Both the position numbers and the translations under genes were made by a program. A model generated the notes under the pieces. That model searched no databases and was not told where the DNA came from. It saw only the letters and a list, made by a program, of their open reading frames with translations. From contig CAXDRX010000008.1 of assembly GCA_963991985.1 (NCBI GenBank), forward strand, positions 399 through 64,398: 64,000 nucleotides of DNA. Reading direction: 5' to 3'. This DNA comes from an uncultured bacterium. GTDB lineage: Bacteria > Bacteroidota > Bacteroidia > NS11-12g > UBA9320. Shown in pieces: positions 29,071 to 38,365 of the stretch; position 1 is the first letter of the stretch, and each line of letters opens with the position of its first letter.

Positions 29071-30441
29071 ATGATTAAGAAATACAAACTCATTTTCTGC
29101 ACACTCGCCCTTCTTTTGTTCTCTGCCGGTTTGGTAAAAGCGCAAAACGAAGTAAAACGTTTTGGTTTGGAGATTTCAGGCGGCGTAAGGGAGTACTCAG
29201 GCGATTTAGCAAACGACATATTTTTTGCCAAAAACCCTACCTATCAGGCATTGGGTGGTGCCTTGAGTATGTATTACAACAAAAATTTTGATTTTACTGT
29301 TTTTGGTTCTGTAGGGAATTTGGGTTATCAAAAAAGAAATCGACTAAATCCCATTTCTTTTCATGCCCGTGTTTTGGATCTTGTAGGTGGCTTACGTTAT
29401 AAATTAAACAATGACGTTCTATTGCCCGCCGACTCAAGAATTCGACCTTTTGTTCAAGCAGGCTTGGGGTATGTTCAGTATTCTTCAAAAATCAAAACCA
29501 ACAATGAATATTTGCAAGAAAAAGGACAAAATGTGATTGACCCAAACGACAGGGAAAGCTGGAGAACTGCTCACAAATTGCACTTTGCAGCTGGTTTAGG
29601 AATAAGATATGCTCTTTCTGATCAACTTGATCTTTTGGCTCAATCGAGATTCAATATGTTGTTTGACGATTATATAGACGGTGCGCCTCATCATTCCGTT
29701 GGTCCTTCCATCAAAAAATACAACGACATGTACCTCTATCACTCCGCTGGTTTAGTTATTAATTTCAATTATGGCAAAAGCAATTGGAGGGTGAAAGAAG
29801 ACGAAGAGGAAATACCTGAAGAAATTTTAGAAAAAACAGAAGAAGCCGCAAACAATATCTTCTTTGAATTGGCAAGTTGGGATATCAAAGAAGAAAGTTT
29901 TGACGATTTGGATACTATCGTTTCAATTTTACTTGCCTACCCAACCATTAATTTATTGGTAGAAGGCCATACAGACAATGCGGGTACTGCTGAACTCAAT
30001 ATGATTATTTCAAAGAAGAGAGCCAATGCGGTAAGAGATTACATCATCAGTCATGGGGTTTCAGAATCGAGGGTTTTTGCTGAAGGTTATGGGCAAACAC
30101 AACCCATCGCAGACAACAGTACAGAGAAGGGTAGAGCCATCAACCGCCGAGTTCGTATGAAATTGTTTTATGATGCCTCCGCCGAAAAAGTTGAAGAAAC
30201 AACCGAAATCATTGAAGATATCAATGGTGGAGAGGAAAATGATTCTAAGAAAGAAAAAAAGAAGAAAAAAGAAAAGACAAAGAAATCAAAAGACAAAATA
30301 GAAGAAACTTCGGATACAGAATCTGTCGAAGAAAATACCGAAGTAGTTGAGGAAGTAAAACCCTCAAAGAAGGAAAAAAAGAAGAAAAAAGAAAAGACAA
30401 AGAAGGATTCCGAAGAAAACATCGAAGATTCGGAAGGCTAA
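29071..30441 (+). CDS. OmpA-family outer-membrane protein: N-terminal beta-barrel, OmpA peptidoglycan-binding domain, and a K/E-rich low-complexity C-terminal tail.
   Basis: Signal peptide. OmpA domain LLVEGHTDNAGT...NMIISKKRANAV...NRRV. The tail carries KKEKKKKKEKTKK twice. Confidence 0.75.
   Translation: MIKKYKLIFCTLALLLFSAGLVKAQNEVKRFGLEISGGVREYSGDLANDIFFAKNPTYQALGGALSMYYNKNFDFTVFGSVGNLGYQKRNRLNPISFHARVLDLVGGLRYKLNNDVLLPADSRIRPFVQAGLGYVQYSSKIKTNNEYLQEKGQNVIDPNDRESWRTAHKLHFAAGLGIRYALSDQLDLLAQSRFNMLFDDYIDGAPHHSVGPSIKKYNDMYLYHSAGLVINFNYGKSNWRVKEDEEEIPEEILEKTEEAANNIFFELASWDIKEESFDDLDTIVSILLAYPTINLLVEGHTDNAGTAELNMIISKKRANAVRDYIISHGVSESRVFAEGYGQTQPIADNSTEKGRAINRRVRMKLFYDASAEKVEETTEIIEDINGGEENDSKKEKKKKKEKTKKSKDKIEETSDTESVEENTEVVEEVKPSKKEKKKKKEKTKKDSEENIEDSEG
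30251..30406 (+). repeat. Two copies of a ~36-bp purine-rich direct repeat (AAGAAAAAAAGAAGAAAAAAGAAAAGACAAAGAA) 120 bp apart inside the OmpA tail.
   Basis: Identical strings starting at 30251 and 30371. Confidence 0.7.
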
Positions 30442-30462
30442 CAACACTTCTAGAAACAAAAA

Positions 30463-30492
30463 GACCCAATTGAAATCAATTGGGTCTTTTTG
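30463..30492. terminator. Bidirectional intrinsic terminator between the convergent ompA-family gene and uvrB.
   Basis: Perfect 10-bp stem GACCCAATTG / CAATTGGGTC with a 4-nt loop, flanked by an A-run and a T-run. It overlaps the last codons of uvrB. Confidence 0.6.
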
Positions 30493-32503
30493 TTTCTAGC
30501 CGATACATCTCATCTCTCAAACGGGCGGCTTCCATAAAATCCATCTCTTTGGCAGCCTTCATCATCCTTTTTCTTGTCTGTTCAATTGCTTTTTCTAAAT
30601 TTTCGGGTGATAAATAATCCGTTATTGGATCTGCCGCCAAGAGACTCATTTCGGGATTGGATTTGTATTTTTTGTCTTCCTTCTGTGGCTTGTAATTGTC
30701 TACGACACGTGTTTGGTCAAAAATTTCCGCTTTGGTTTTCCGTATTGTTTTGGGAACAATTCCCATTTCTATATTGTATTGCGTTTGGATTTCTCTTCTT
30801 CTGTTGGTCTCTTCTAATGTCTTTTGGATCGATTCTGTTATTTCATCTGCATACATTATTACTCTACCTTCTGCATTCCTAGCTGCCCTGCCAATGGTCT
30901 GAGTCAAGGACCTTTCAGAACGCAAAAATCCCTCTTTGTCTGCATCTAAGATAGCAACCAAAGAAACCTCCGGCAAATCCAAACCTTCCCTTAAAAGATT
31001 TACGCCTACCAAGACATCTATCTCTCCCAAACGCAAAGAGCGTAAAATTTCAACTCGATCTAAGGTTTTTATTTCCGAATGAATGTAGGCAGATTTTACT
31101 TTTAATTTATGCAAATATTTGTGCAGCTCTTCGGCCATTCTTTTTGTCAATGTAGTAACCAAAATACGGTCTCCTTTTTTTACTGTTTCATCAATTTCTT
31201 CCAGCAAATCGTCTACTTGATTCCCACAAGGACGAATGTCTATAGGAGGATCTAGCAAACCTGTTGGACGTATAATTTGCTCTACAACTAGTCCTTCTGA
31301 TTTTTGAATTTCATAATCTGCTGGAGTAGCACTAACGTATATTGTTTGGGGTGTTAATGACTCAAACTCTTCAAATTTTAATGGCCTATTGTCTATTGCT
31401 GCTGGGAGTCTGAAGCCATATTCCACCAAATTTTGTTTTCTTGCTCTATCTCCTCCAAACATCCCGCGAACTTGAGGAATGGTAACATGACTTTCATCAA
31501 CCATCAGCAAAAAATCTTTGGGAAAATAATCTAACAAACAGAAAGGTCTTTCTCCAGGGTTTCTTCTGTCAAAATACCGGCTATAATTTTCAATTCCACT
31601 GCAGTATCCAAGCTCTCTCATCATCTCCAAGTCATAATTTGTTCGCTCTTCCAAACGCTTTGATTCCAAAAATTTACCCAAATCATTAAAATATTGGGTT
31701 TGCGCCACCAAATCATCTTGGATTTCCTTGATTACATTTTGCAAACGATCCTTAGGAGTGACGAATAAATTTGCAGGAAATATGGCGATGTGATCATAGC
31801 TATGTATGGTCAATCCTGACTTAGGATTAAAACTGTGAATCTCTTCCAACTCATTTCCAAAAAAAGACAAGCGCACGCCTAGATCTTCATAAGCTAGATA
31901 AATATCTACTGTATCTCCATTTACCCTAAAGTTTCCGCGCTCAAACTGTCCCGTTGTTCTAGAATACAAGGACTCTACTAGAGCATACAAAACTGCTTCT
32001 CTTGAAATTATTTGCCCCTTTTCCAGCCGAATAATACTTTCTTCATAGTCATTGGGATTCCCAGCACCATAAATACAGGAAACAGAGGCCAAAACAATGA
32101 CATCCCTTCTCCCGGACAGCAGGCTTGAAGTTGTCTTTAATCTTAATTTTTCAATTTCATCATTGATTTGTAGGTCTTTTTCAATATAAACATTGCTGGA
32201 AGGAATGTATGCTTCTGGCTGATAATAGTCGTAGTAACTCACAAAATATTCCACTGCATTTTCAGGAAAAAATTGTTTGAATTCACCATACAATTGCGCC
32301 ACAAGTGTTTTGTTATGACTAATAATTAAGGTTGGTTTTTGTACCGATTGAATTACATTGGCCATGGTGAATGTTTTTCCCGAACCGGTTACACCCAATA
32401 GGGTTTGTGCTGGCAAGTTTTGATTTAATCCGTCTACCAAGGTTTTTATAGCTTGTGGTTGGTCACCACTTGGTTGAAAATCAGAAACAAGCCGAAATTT
32501 CAT
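30476..32503 (-). CDS. uvrB: Excinuclease ABC subunit B.
   Basis: GVTGSGKTFTMANVI Walker A, helicase motifs, and the C-terminal UVR domain AARLRDEM. Confidence 0.92.
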   Translation of the reverse strand: MKFRLVSDFQPSGDQPQAIKTLVDGLNQNLPAQTLLGVTGSGKTFTMANVIQSVQKPTLIISHNKTLVAQLYGEFKQFFPENAVEYFVSYYDYYQPEAYIPSSNVYIEKDLQINDEIEKLRLKTTSSLLSGRRDVIVLASVSCIYGAGNPNDYEESIIRLEKGQIISREAVLYALVESLYSRTTGQFERGNFRVNGDTVDIYLAYEDLGVRLSFFGNELEEIHSFNPKSGLTIHSYDHIAIFPANLFVTPKDRLQNVIKEIQDDLVAQTQYFNDLGKFLESKRLEERTNYDLEMMRELGYCSGIENYSRYFDRRNPGERPFCLLDYFPKDFLLMVDESHVTIPQVRGMFGGDRARKQNLVEYGFRLPAAIDNRPLKFEEFESLTPQTIYVSATPADYEIQKSEGLVVEQIIRPTGLLDPPIDIRPCGNQVDDLLEEIDETVKKGDRILVTTLTKRMAEELHKYLHKLKVKSAYIHSEIKTLDRVEILRSLRLGEIDVLVGVNLLREGLDLPEVSLVAILDADKEGFLRSERSLTQTIGRAARNAEGRVIMYADEITESIQKTLEETNRRREIQTQYNIEMGIVPKTIRKTKAEIFDQTRVVDNYKPQKEDKKYKSNPEMSLLAADPITDYLSPENLEKAIEQTRKRMMKAAKEMDFMEAARLRDEMYRLETKRPN

Positions 32504-32549
32504 TGTATATGTAAAACTAATGAAAAGCGATTGTGTTGGTATCTGTAAG

Positions 32550-33230
32550 ATGAAAAAAGCTATTTTGATAGGCGGAACTTCTGGAATTGGGCATGCTCTG
32601 GTGCAACATTTGGTACAAAACCAATGGGAAGTTCACATAATGAGCCGAAAAGCAGACGAGAAAAATTCTTATGGACAGATAAATTATCACACACTTGATA
32701 TTTTAGACGAGAGCCCATCATTTCCAGAAATCAATGCCATCGATGGTTTTGTTTACTTACCGGGAAGTATAAATTTAAAACCATTCCGATCTTTAAAACC
32801 AGCATTTTTTTTGGCTGACTTACAAATCAACCTTCTGGGAGCAGTCAAAGCTTTACAACATTTTTCTCCCAATTTTAATGAAGGGGCAAGCAGCGTTTTG
32901 TTCAGTACGGTTGCTGTGCAAAGAGGCATGGCTTTCCATAGCTCTATAGCATCTTCCAAAGGAGCAATTGAAGGTCTGGTAAGGTCTTTGGCCGCTGAAT
33001 GGGCACCCAAATATAGAATCAATTGTGTGGCGCCTTCTCTCACCAACACACCACTTGCAGAGCGTCTTTTGAAAAACGAAAAAATGCAGGAAGCTGCCAA
33101 AGAAAGACATCCACTAAAAACCATTGGAACACCAGAGGATATGGCACTCTCTACTTTATTTCTTCTGTCTGAACAAAGTAGATTTATGACGGGCCAAGTT
33201 TTGGGAGTGGATGGCGGGCTTTCTGGCTAA
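32550..33230 (+). CDS. Short-chain dehydrogenase/reductase (SDR) family oxidoreductase.
   Basis: KKAILIGGTSGIGHAL (TGxxxGxG) and the S...YxxxK-type catalytic region. Start moved to the ATG at 32550. Confidence 0.7.
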   Translation: MKKAILIGGTSGIGHALVQHLVQNQWEVHIMSRKADEKNSYGQINYHTLDILDESPSFPEINAIDGFVYLPGSINLKPFRSLKPAFFLADLQINLLGAVKALQHFSPNFNEGASSVLFSTVAVQRGMAFHSSIASSKGAIEGLVRSLAAEWAPKYRINCVAPSLTNTPLAERLLKNEKMQEAAKERHPLKTIGTPEDMALSTLFLLSEQSRFMTGQVLGVDGGLSG

Positions 33231-35215
33231 CTTACCCTACTTCCGTTGTCAATCTTGCTAGCTGGTTGACTAAAATGCAAACCTTTGTCTGAGTTTTCAG
33301 CCATCAAAATCATTCCTTGACTTTGAATTCCTCTGATTTTTCTCGGCGCCAAGTTGCAGACCACGGTAACTTGTTGACCAATGATTGAGTTTGGATCAAA
33401 GTGTTCAGCAATGCCCGAAACAATGGTTCTTTTTTCTGCACCCATGTCTATTTGTAGACAGAGTAGTTTGTCTGCTTTTTCTACTTTATGTGCCTCAATA
33501 ATTGTTCCTATTCTTAAATCTAGTTTATTAAAATCTTCAAATGAAATTTCTTCTTTATACATTGTTTTTTTAGGTGTTTTTGGGTGTAACTTATCTATCT
33601 GTTTTTGTATTTCAGCATCTTCAATTTTTTCAAAAAGCAAGGATCCCTGGTTAATTTGATGACCATGCTTTAAAGAATTTCCTAAGCTTATATTGAGTGT
33701 TTCCGCCAATTTTCTTCCAGTATTGGGCAAAAATATTTGCGCATAGCTTTGAATTTTTTCCACCAACTTTAGGCAAGTAAACAAACAATTTTCAACCTCC
33801 GATGGCAATTCCTTGCTTTTCCATTTCTTCCACGGCTCTTCGTCCTGTAAATATTTATTCCCCACTCTTGCCAAATCCATGAAAGCGGTCATGGCTTGTC
33901 TAAATTCAAAATTCGCAAGCGAAACATCAATCTTCTCAGCAGTTTCAGTCACATTTTTTTCTACAATATCATCCATTTTCCCCATAGGAATACGCCCATT
34001 AAAATATTTATTGGTTAAAACCACTACTCTATTGATGAAATTTCCCAAAATAGCAACAAGCTCATTGTTCACTCTGGCTTGAAAATCTTTCCAAGTAAAA
34101 TCAGCATCATTTTTTTCTGGCATGATGGAGGTGAGCACATACCTCAATTCGTCCACCTTATTGGGGAAATCTCTAAGGTAATCATTTACCCAAATGGCGT
34201 GATTGCGGGAGGTAGAAAACTTTTGACCCTCAAGATTTAAAAACTCATTGGCAGGTATATATTTGGGTAAAATGTAGTCCCCATGGGATTGAAGCATTGC
34301 TGGAAAAATTAGGCAATGAAAAACAATATTGTCTTTGCCTATAAAATGGACCAATTCGGTTTGGCTGCCTTTCCAGTAGTCCGACCAATTTTCTGTTAAC
34401 TCTTCTGTCATAGAAATATAGCCAATTGGCGCATCAAACCAAACATACATTACTTTTCCTTCTGCGTTCTCAACGGGCACTGGAATACCCCATTCCAAAT
34501 CTCTTGTCATTGCTCTTGGTTTTAAACCCTCATTTAGCCAACTTTTGCATTGGCCATAAACATGTGCTTTTAGATTGGGTTTTAGGGTTTCAATGTATTC
34601 GTCAAGAAACTTACTTTGAATTTCATCAAGAGGTAGAAACCAGTTTTTTGTCTTTTTTAAAATTGGTTTTTCACCACTCAAGGTTGATTTTGGATGCAAT
34701 AGATCTAAAGGACTTAGTGATTTGCCACAAGCTTCACACTGATCTCCATACGCATTTTCAAAATGACAATTGGGACATTCTCCCGTAATATATCTATCCG
34801 CTAGGAATTGCTTGGCCGATGGATCATAATACTGTTCGGTTTCTTTTTCTTTGAAGACGCCTTTTTCGAGTAGATTTTTAAAAAACGATTGTGATCTTAA
34901 ATGATGTGTTTTTGAAGTGGTTCTAGAAAATACATCGAAGTTTATGTCTAATCCTTGAAAGGATTTTTTGATGTCATCATGGTAGTAGTCAACCACCTCT
35001 TTGGGAGTTTTTCCTTCCTTTTTGGCCCGAATGGTAATTGGAACCCCATGTTCATCTGTCCCACAAATAAACTTTACATCTGCATTTTGCTTTTTTCTTA
35101 GAAACCGAACATACAAATCGGCTGGCAAATAAGCCCCAGCAATATGACCAATGTGTAAAGGCCCATTTGCATAAGGCAGTGCGGAAGTAACCAAATATTT
35201 TTTCCTGTGGCCCAT
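33227..35215 (-). CDS. metG: Methionine--tRNA ligase with a C-terminal EMAP/Trbp111-like tRNA-binding domain.
   Basis: SALPYANGPLHIGH (HIGH motif), KMSKS-region homology, and C-terminal LDLRIGTIIEAHKVEKADKL. The internal ATG at 35215 was chosen (MGHRKKYLV). Confidence 0.9.
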   Translation of the reverse strand: MGHRKKYLVTSALPYANGPLHIGHIAGAYLPADLYVRFLRKKQNADVKFICGTDEHGVPITIRAKKEGKTPKEVVDYYHDDIKKSFQGLDINFDVFSRTTSKTHHLRSQSFFKNLLEKGVFKEKETEQYYDPSAKQFLADRYITGECPNCHFENAYGDQCEACGKSLSPLDLLHPKSTLSGEKPILKKTKNWFLPLDEIQSKFLDEYIETLKPNLKAHVYGQCKSWLNEGLKPRAMTRDLEWGIPVPVENAEGKVMYVWFDAPIGYISMTEELTENWSDYWKGSQTELVHFIGKDNIVFHCLIFPAMLQSHGDYILPKYIPANEFLNLEGQKFSTSRNHAIWVNDYLRDFPNKVDELRYVLTSIMPEKNDADFTWKDFQARVNNELVAILGNFINRVVVLTNKYFNGRIPMGKMDDIVEKNVTETAEKIDVSLANFEFRQAMTAFMDLARVGNKYLQDEEPWKKWKSKELPSEVENCLFTCLKLVEKIQSYAQIFLPNTGRKLAETLNISLGNSLKHGHQINQGSLLFEKIEDAEIQKQIDKLHPKTPKKTMYKEEISFEDFNKLDLRIGTIIEAHKVEKADKLLCLQIDMGAEKRTIVSGIAEHFDPNSIIGQQVTVVCNLAPRKIRGIQSQGMILMAENSDKGLHFSQPASKIDNGSRVS

Positions 35216-35231
35216 GGGTTCAAAAGTAGTG

Positions 35232-36134
35232 CTATGTATGAACTCTTTTTCTACTTTTTCTTTGAAATTTCTTGACGATAGGGTGTGCAAAAACAGCAGC
35301 AAGAATGATGCCAGTTCCTGTGTAAAATGAATTTCCCAAATCCTTGTTTTCTTCGAACAAAATGGCGGCCAAAACAATACCATAAATAGGTTCTAAGTTT
35401 ATAGCCAGATTCGTGGTAAAAGCGCTTAATTCTTTCAATGCCATTACACTAAGTGCAAAAGCGATACTGGTGCAAAAGACAGCCAAAATCGTTAAATACA
35501 AGACATCCTTCGGCGGAATGGAAAAATTTTGATCAAATCCCTTTTGAAAGAAAGGTGTGCAAAATACCAAAAACAACCAACCCGCAGACAATTCAAGGAA
35601 AGATATGCTTAGAGAGTTGTAAGATGCTTGAATGTATTTTTTGTTCAAAGTAGAAAACAAGGCCGCCAAAAAAGCAGACAACAAACCTACCCCAATTGCC
35701 GTGTGGTAAGCTGCTCCAATTTGAGCGATAATTAGAATTCCAAAAATGATGATTAACCCCAGCAATAGCTCCAACCAATTGAATTTACTTTTGGTAAACC
35801 ATGGTTCCAAAAAGGCAGTAAATAATGTAACAGTACTTAAACAAGCCAACGTGAGAGAGGCATTGCCACCCAATTTTATACTGCCATAAAATGTCAACCA
35901 GTGCAAAGCAATAAGCACTCCAATACCTAAGAATCTTTTTCTATCCTTATTTTTTATTGTCTTGATTCCCTTGAACACCCCGGGCATAAGTAACAATCCA
36001 ATGGCGGCGATCCACATTCTATGCCATACCAATGAAAAAGCAGAGAGTGAAATCAGTTTACCCAAGATCGCTGTAAATCCAAATAAAAGGACGGCAATAT
36101 GAAGGTGAATATAAGCCTTGATTCGTGGTTTCAT
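35232..36134 (-). CDS. DMT-superfamily (EamA-like) transporter.
   Basis: Ten predicted TM helices and a duplicated EamA-like architecture. Confidence 0.6.
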   Translation of the reverse strand: MKPRIKAYIHLHIAVLLFGFTAILGKLISLSAFSLVWHRMWIAAIGLLLMPGVFKGIKTIKNKDRKRFLGIGVLIALHWLTFYGSIKLGGNASLTLACLSTVTLFTAFLEPWFTKSKFNWLELLLGLIIIFGILIIAQIGAAYHTAIGVGLLSAFLAALFSTLNKKYIQASYNSLSISFLELSAGWLFLVFCTPFFQKGFDQNFSIPPKDVLYLTILAVFCTSIAFALSVMALKELSAFTTNLAINLEPIYGIVLAAILFEENKDLGNSFYTGTGIILAAVFAHPIVKKFQRKSRKRVHT

Positions 36135-36147
36135 TTATGATTTATTC

Positions 36148-37272
36148 CTACATCAAAGCCCTCTGGTACAAAGCCTCATAATTGGGTATTATTTTTTCTT
36201 GGTCAAAGTCCTTTGCATGCGCACGAGCTGATTTTCGGAAAACTTGTAATCGTTTTTCATTTTCCAAAATATAAACGGCTTTTTCAACCATTTCTTCTAT
36301 TTCTCCCATGCTACAACAAAAGCCTGTTTTACCGTCTTGCATTACTTCCTTTTGCCCTCCCGTATCGGTACAGATGACAGGTACTTCGCAAGCCATTGCT
36401 TCCAATGCTGCCAAGCCAAAGCTTTCTGTTTCACTTGTAATAAGAAACAGGTCGCCAATGGATAAAATTTCCTCTATTCTGCTTTGTTTGCCAAAGAACT
36501 TGATGTTTTTCCCATATTTATGGTTTCGACATTTATTTTCTAATGATTTTCGCTCAGGCCCATCACCAATCATCAGCAACATAGCAGGTATTTTATCAGC
36601 TATTTTGGTATAGACTTTCAACACATCATCTACTCTTTTGACTTTTCTAAAATTAGAAGCATGAACAATTATTTTTTCTTTTTTGGTAGCTATTTGTCTT
36701 TTTAAATCATCATTGTTTAAGTTTTTGAATCTTTTGATATCTAAGAAATTGGGAATTACCTCAATGGGTCTCTTAATGTCAAAATAATCTATTGTGTCCT
36801 GTTTCAAGCTTTCCGATACTGATGTCACAAAGTCAGACTGTTCAATACAGTATTTGATTACCGGAAGATACGTTTTGTCTCGTCCCACAACAGTAATGTC
36901 TGTTCCATGAAGGGTAGTTACAATGGGCAAATTTATGGAAGAAGTATTTTTCAAAATATTTTTGGCCATCACAGCTGCTGCCGCGTGTGGAATGGCGTAA
37001 TGAACGTGCAATAAATCTATATTTTCATATTTTACCAGATCGACAATTTTTCCGGTTAAGGCCAATTCATAAGGAGGAAATCTAAAAAGGGGATATTTTG
37101 AAACGGATACTTCGTGAAAGAAAATGTTTTCTGAGAAATGTTCAAACCGAACCGGCTGCTCGTAGCTAATGAAATGAACTTGATGTCCTTTTTTTGCCAA
37201 ACTTTTACCTAGCTCAGTCGCAATAACACCACTACCCCCGAAAGTTGGGTACAAAACGATACCTATTCGCAC
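36148..37272 (-). CDS. bshA: GT4 glycosyltransferase, probably the N-acetyl-alpha-D-glucosaminyl L-malate synthase BshA of bacillithiol biosynthesis.
   Basis: N-terminus MRIGIVLYPTFGGSGVIATELGKSLAKKGHQVHFIS closely resembles the BshA N-terminus. The C-terminus has the GT4 E-x7-E region. Confidence 0.6.
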   Translation of the reverse strand: MRIGIVLYPTFGGSGVIATELGKSLAKKGHQVHFISYEQPVRFEHFSENIFFHEVSVSKYPLFRFPPYELALTGKIVDLVKYENIDLLHVHYAIPHAAAAVMAKNILKNTSSINLPIVTTLHGTDITVVGRDKTYLPVIKYCIEQSDFVTSVSESLKQDTIDYFDIKRPIEVIPNFLDIKRFKNLNNDDLKRQIATKKEKIIVHASNFRKVKRVDDVLKVYTKIADKIPAMLLMIGDGPERKSLENKCRNHKYGKNIKFFGKQSRIEEILSIGDLFLITSETESFGLAALEAMACEVPVICTDTGGQKEVMQDGKTGFCCSMGEIEEMVEKAVYILENEKRLQVFRKSARAHAKDFDQEKIIPNYEALYQRALM

Positions 37273-37377
37273 TTTTAGAAAACAAAGTTCTTTAATTTCA
37301 GATTTAAGCGAAAAGAAATCATATTTATTTGACCATCTAGTAAAATTAAATTTACATTTTAGCCATTTTTTTGTCGC

Positions 37378-38319
37378 ATGCGTTTATCCTTATTAATCAT
37401 TCATTTTGTCATTTTGAACCCTTTTCTTTTTGGACAAACCAAACTTGAGGTCAGTATAAAACGAACTTCCTTTGAGTTGGTAGGAAATGATACCGTAAAT
37501 ATTTCTAGTGATGATGCCGAACAAGAAAACCAAACAATGGATAAGCTTTATGATGATGACCTAGACGCAGGTTGGGAAGGCGATGATTTTAACACACTAG
37601 TCGCTGGCTTAAGATTTACAAATGTTCAAATACCTCAAGGCGCAATTATCGATTCAGCCTATCTGGAAGTTTACGCTCATGAAGAAGAAAACGATCAAGC
37701 CTTTATTACGATTATCGGTGAAGCAACGGATAACGCTGAAACTTTTGATTTGGATAACCTTATTACCGATAGAAACCAAACGAATGATTCTGTGCTCTGG
37801 ACTGTAAACGAAAAATGGACGATTTGGATAAAATACAAATCAGCTGATTTTGCTCAAGTTATTCAAGAAATTGTCAATAGAAGTGGCTGGAAATCTGGAA
37901 ATGCCCTCGCCATTTTTTTAAAGGGTTCTGACCAAGGCGCAAGCAATGAAGACAATGCACGAGATATGGAATCTTTCGAAAATGAAGAAGATCCAGCAGA
38001 TGGTGGTGATGGAAAAAATCATCCTGAAAGAGCACCTAAACTAGTGGTTGTTTACAGCGGAGCAGCATCCACAAGCAATATTGATATTTCACAAAATGTT
38101 GAAATTATTCCAAACCCAGCAAATGATTTTATTCAAATAAATATAGGAAAAAATCAAGAGTTTTACATCTCAATAGTTGACCTAAATGGTAAAAAGGTAT
38201 ACGAAAAAAATGTATCGTCTAATGAATATATCAATCTTTCCGAATTACCTAAGGGACCTTATCTTATTCAAGGCACTCTAGAAATGGGGTCATTCCGCAA
38301 AAAATTATTGCTTAAATAA
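37378..38319 (+). CDS. Secreted hypothetical protein with a T9SS C-terminal domain. It shares a domain with an internal segment of the 1206-aa protein at 42202.
   Basis: Signal peptide. LRFTNVQIPQGAIIDSAYLEVYAHEE parallels IRFDNVQIQPGAKVKNAFVQFEVDEA, and GWKSGNALAIFL parallels GWKAGNAIALYF. The C-terminus has the T9SS CTD pattern. Confidence 0.55.
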   Translation: MRLSLLIIHFVILNPFLFGQTKLEVSIKRTSFELVGNDTVNISSDDAEQENQTMDKLYDDDLDAGWEGDDFNTLVAGLRFTNVQIPQGAIIDSAYLEVYAHEEENDQAFITIIGEATDNAETFDLDNLITDRNQTNDSVLWTVNEKWTIWIKYKSADFAQVIQEIVNRSGWKSGNALAIFLKGSDQGASNEDNARDMESFENEEDPADGGDGKNHPERAPKLVVVYSGAASTSNIDISQNVEIIPNPANDFIQINIGKNQEFYISIVDLNGKKVYEKNVSSNEYINLSELPKGPYLIQGTLEMGSFRKKLLLK

Positions 38320-38365
38320 TGCTCTGTACTTTTTCCAGTATAAAAAAAAAATCAAATTCATATTA

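Noticed and set aside
35216-35383. N-terminal extensions proposed by the ORF track for metG, and likewise for dtd (to 20381), anmK (to 48372), the second sugar dehydrogenase (to 9388) and the pirin (from 9403).
   Set aside because: Internal ATGs reproduce the conserved family N-termini (MGHRKKYLVTSALPYANG, MRLLIQRV, MSSYNIIGVMSG, MRKFCF lipobox). The extensions would overlap neighbouring genes or add non-homologous sequence.
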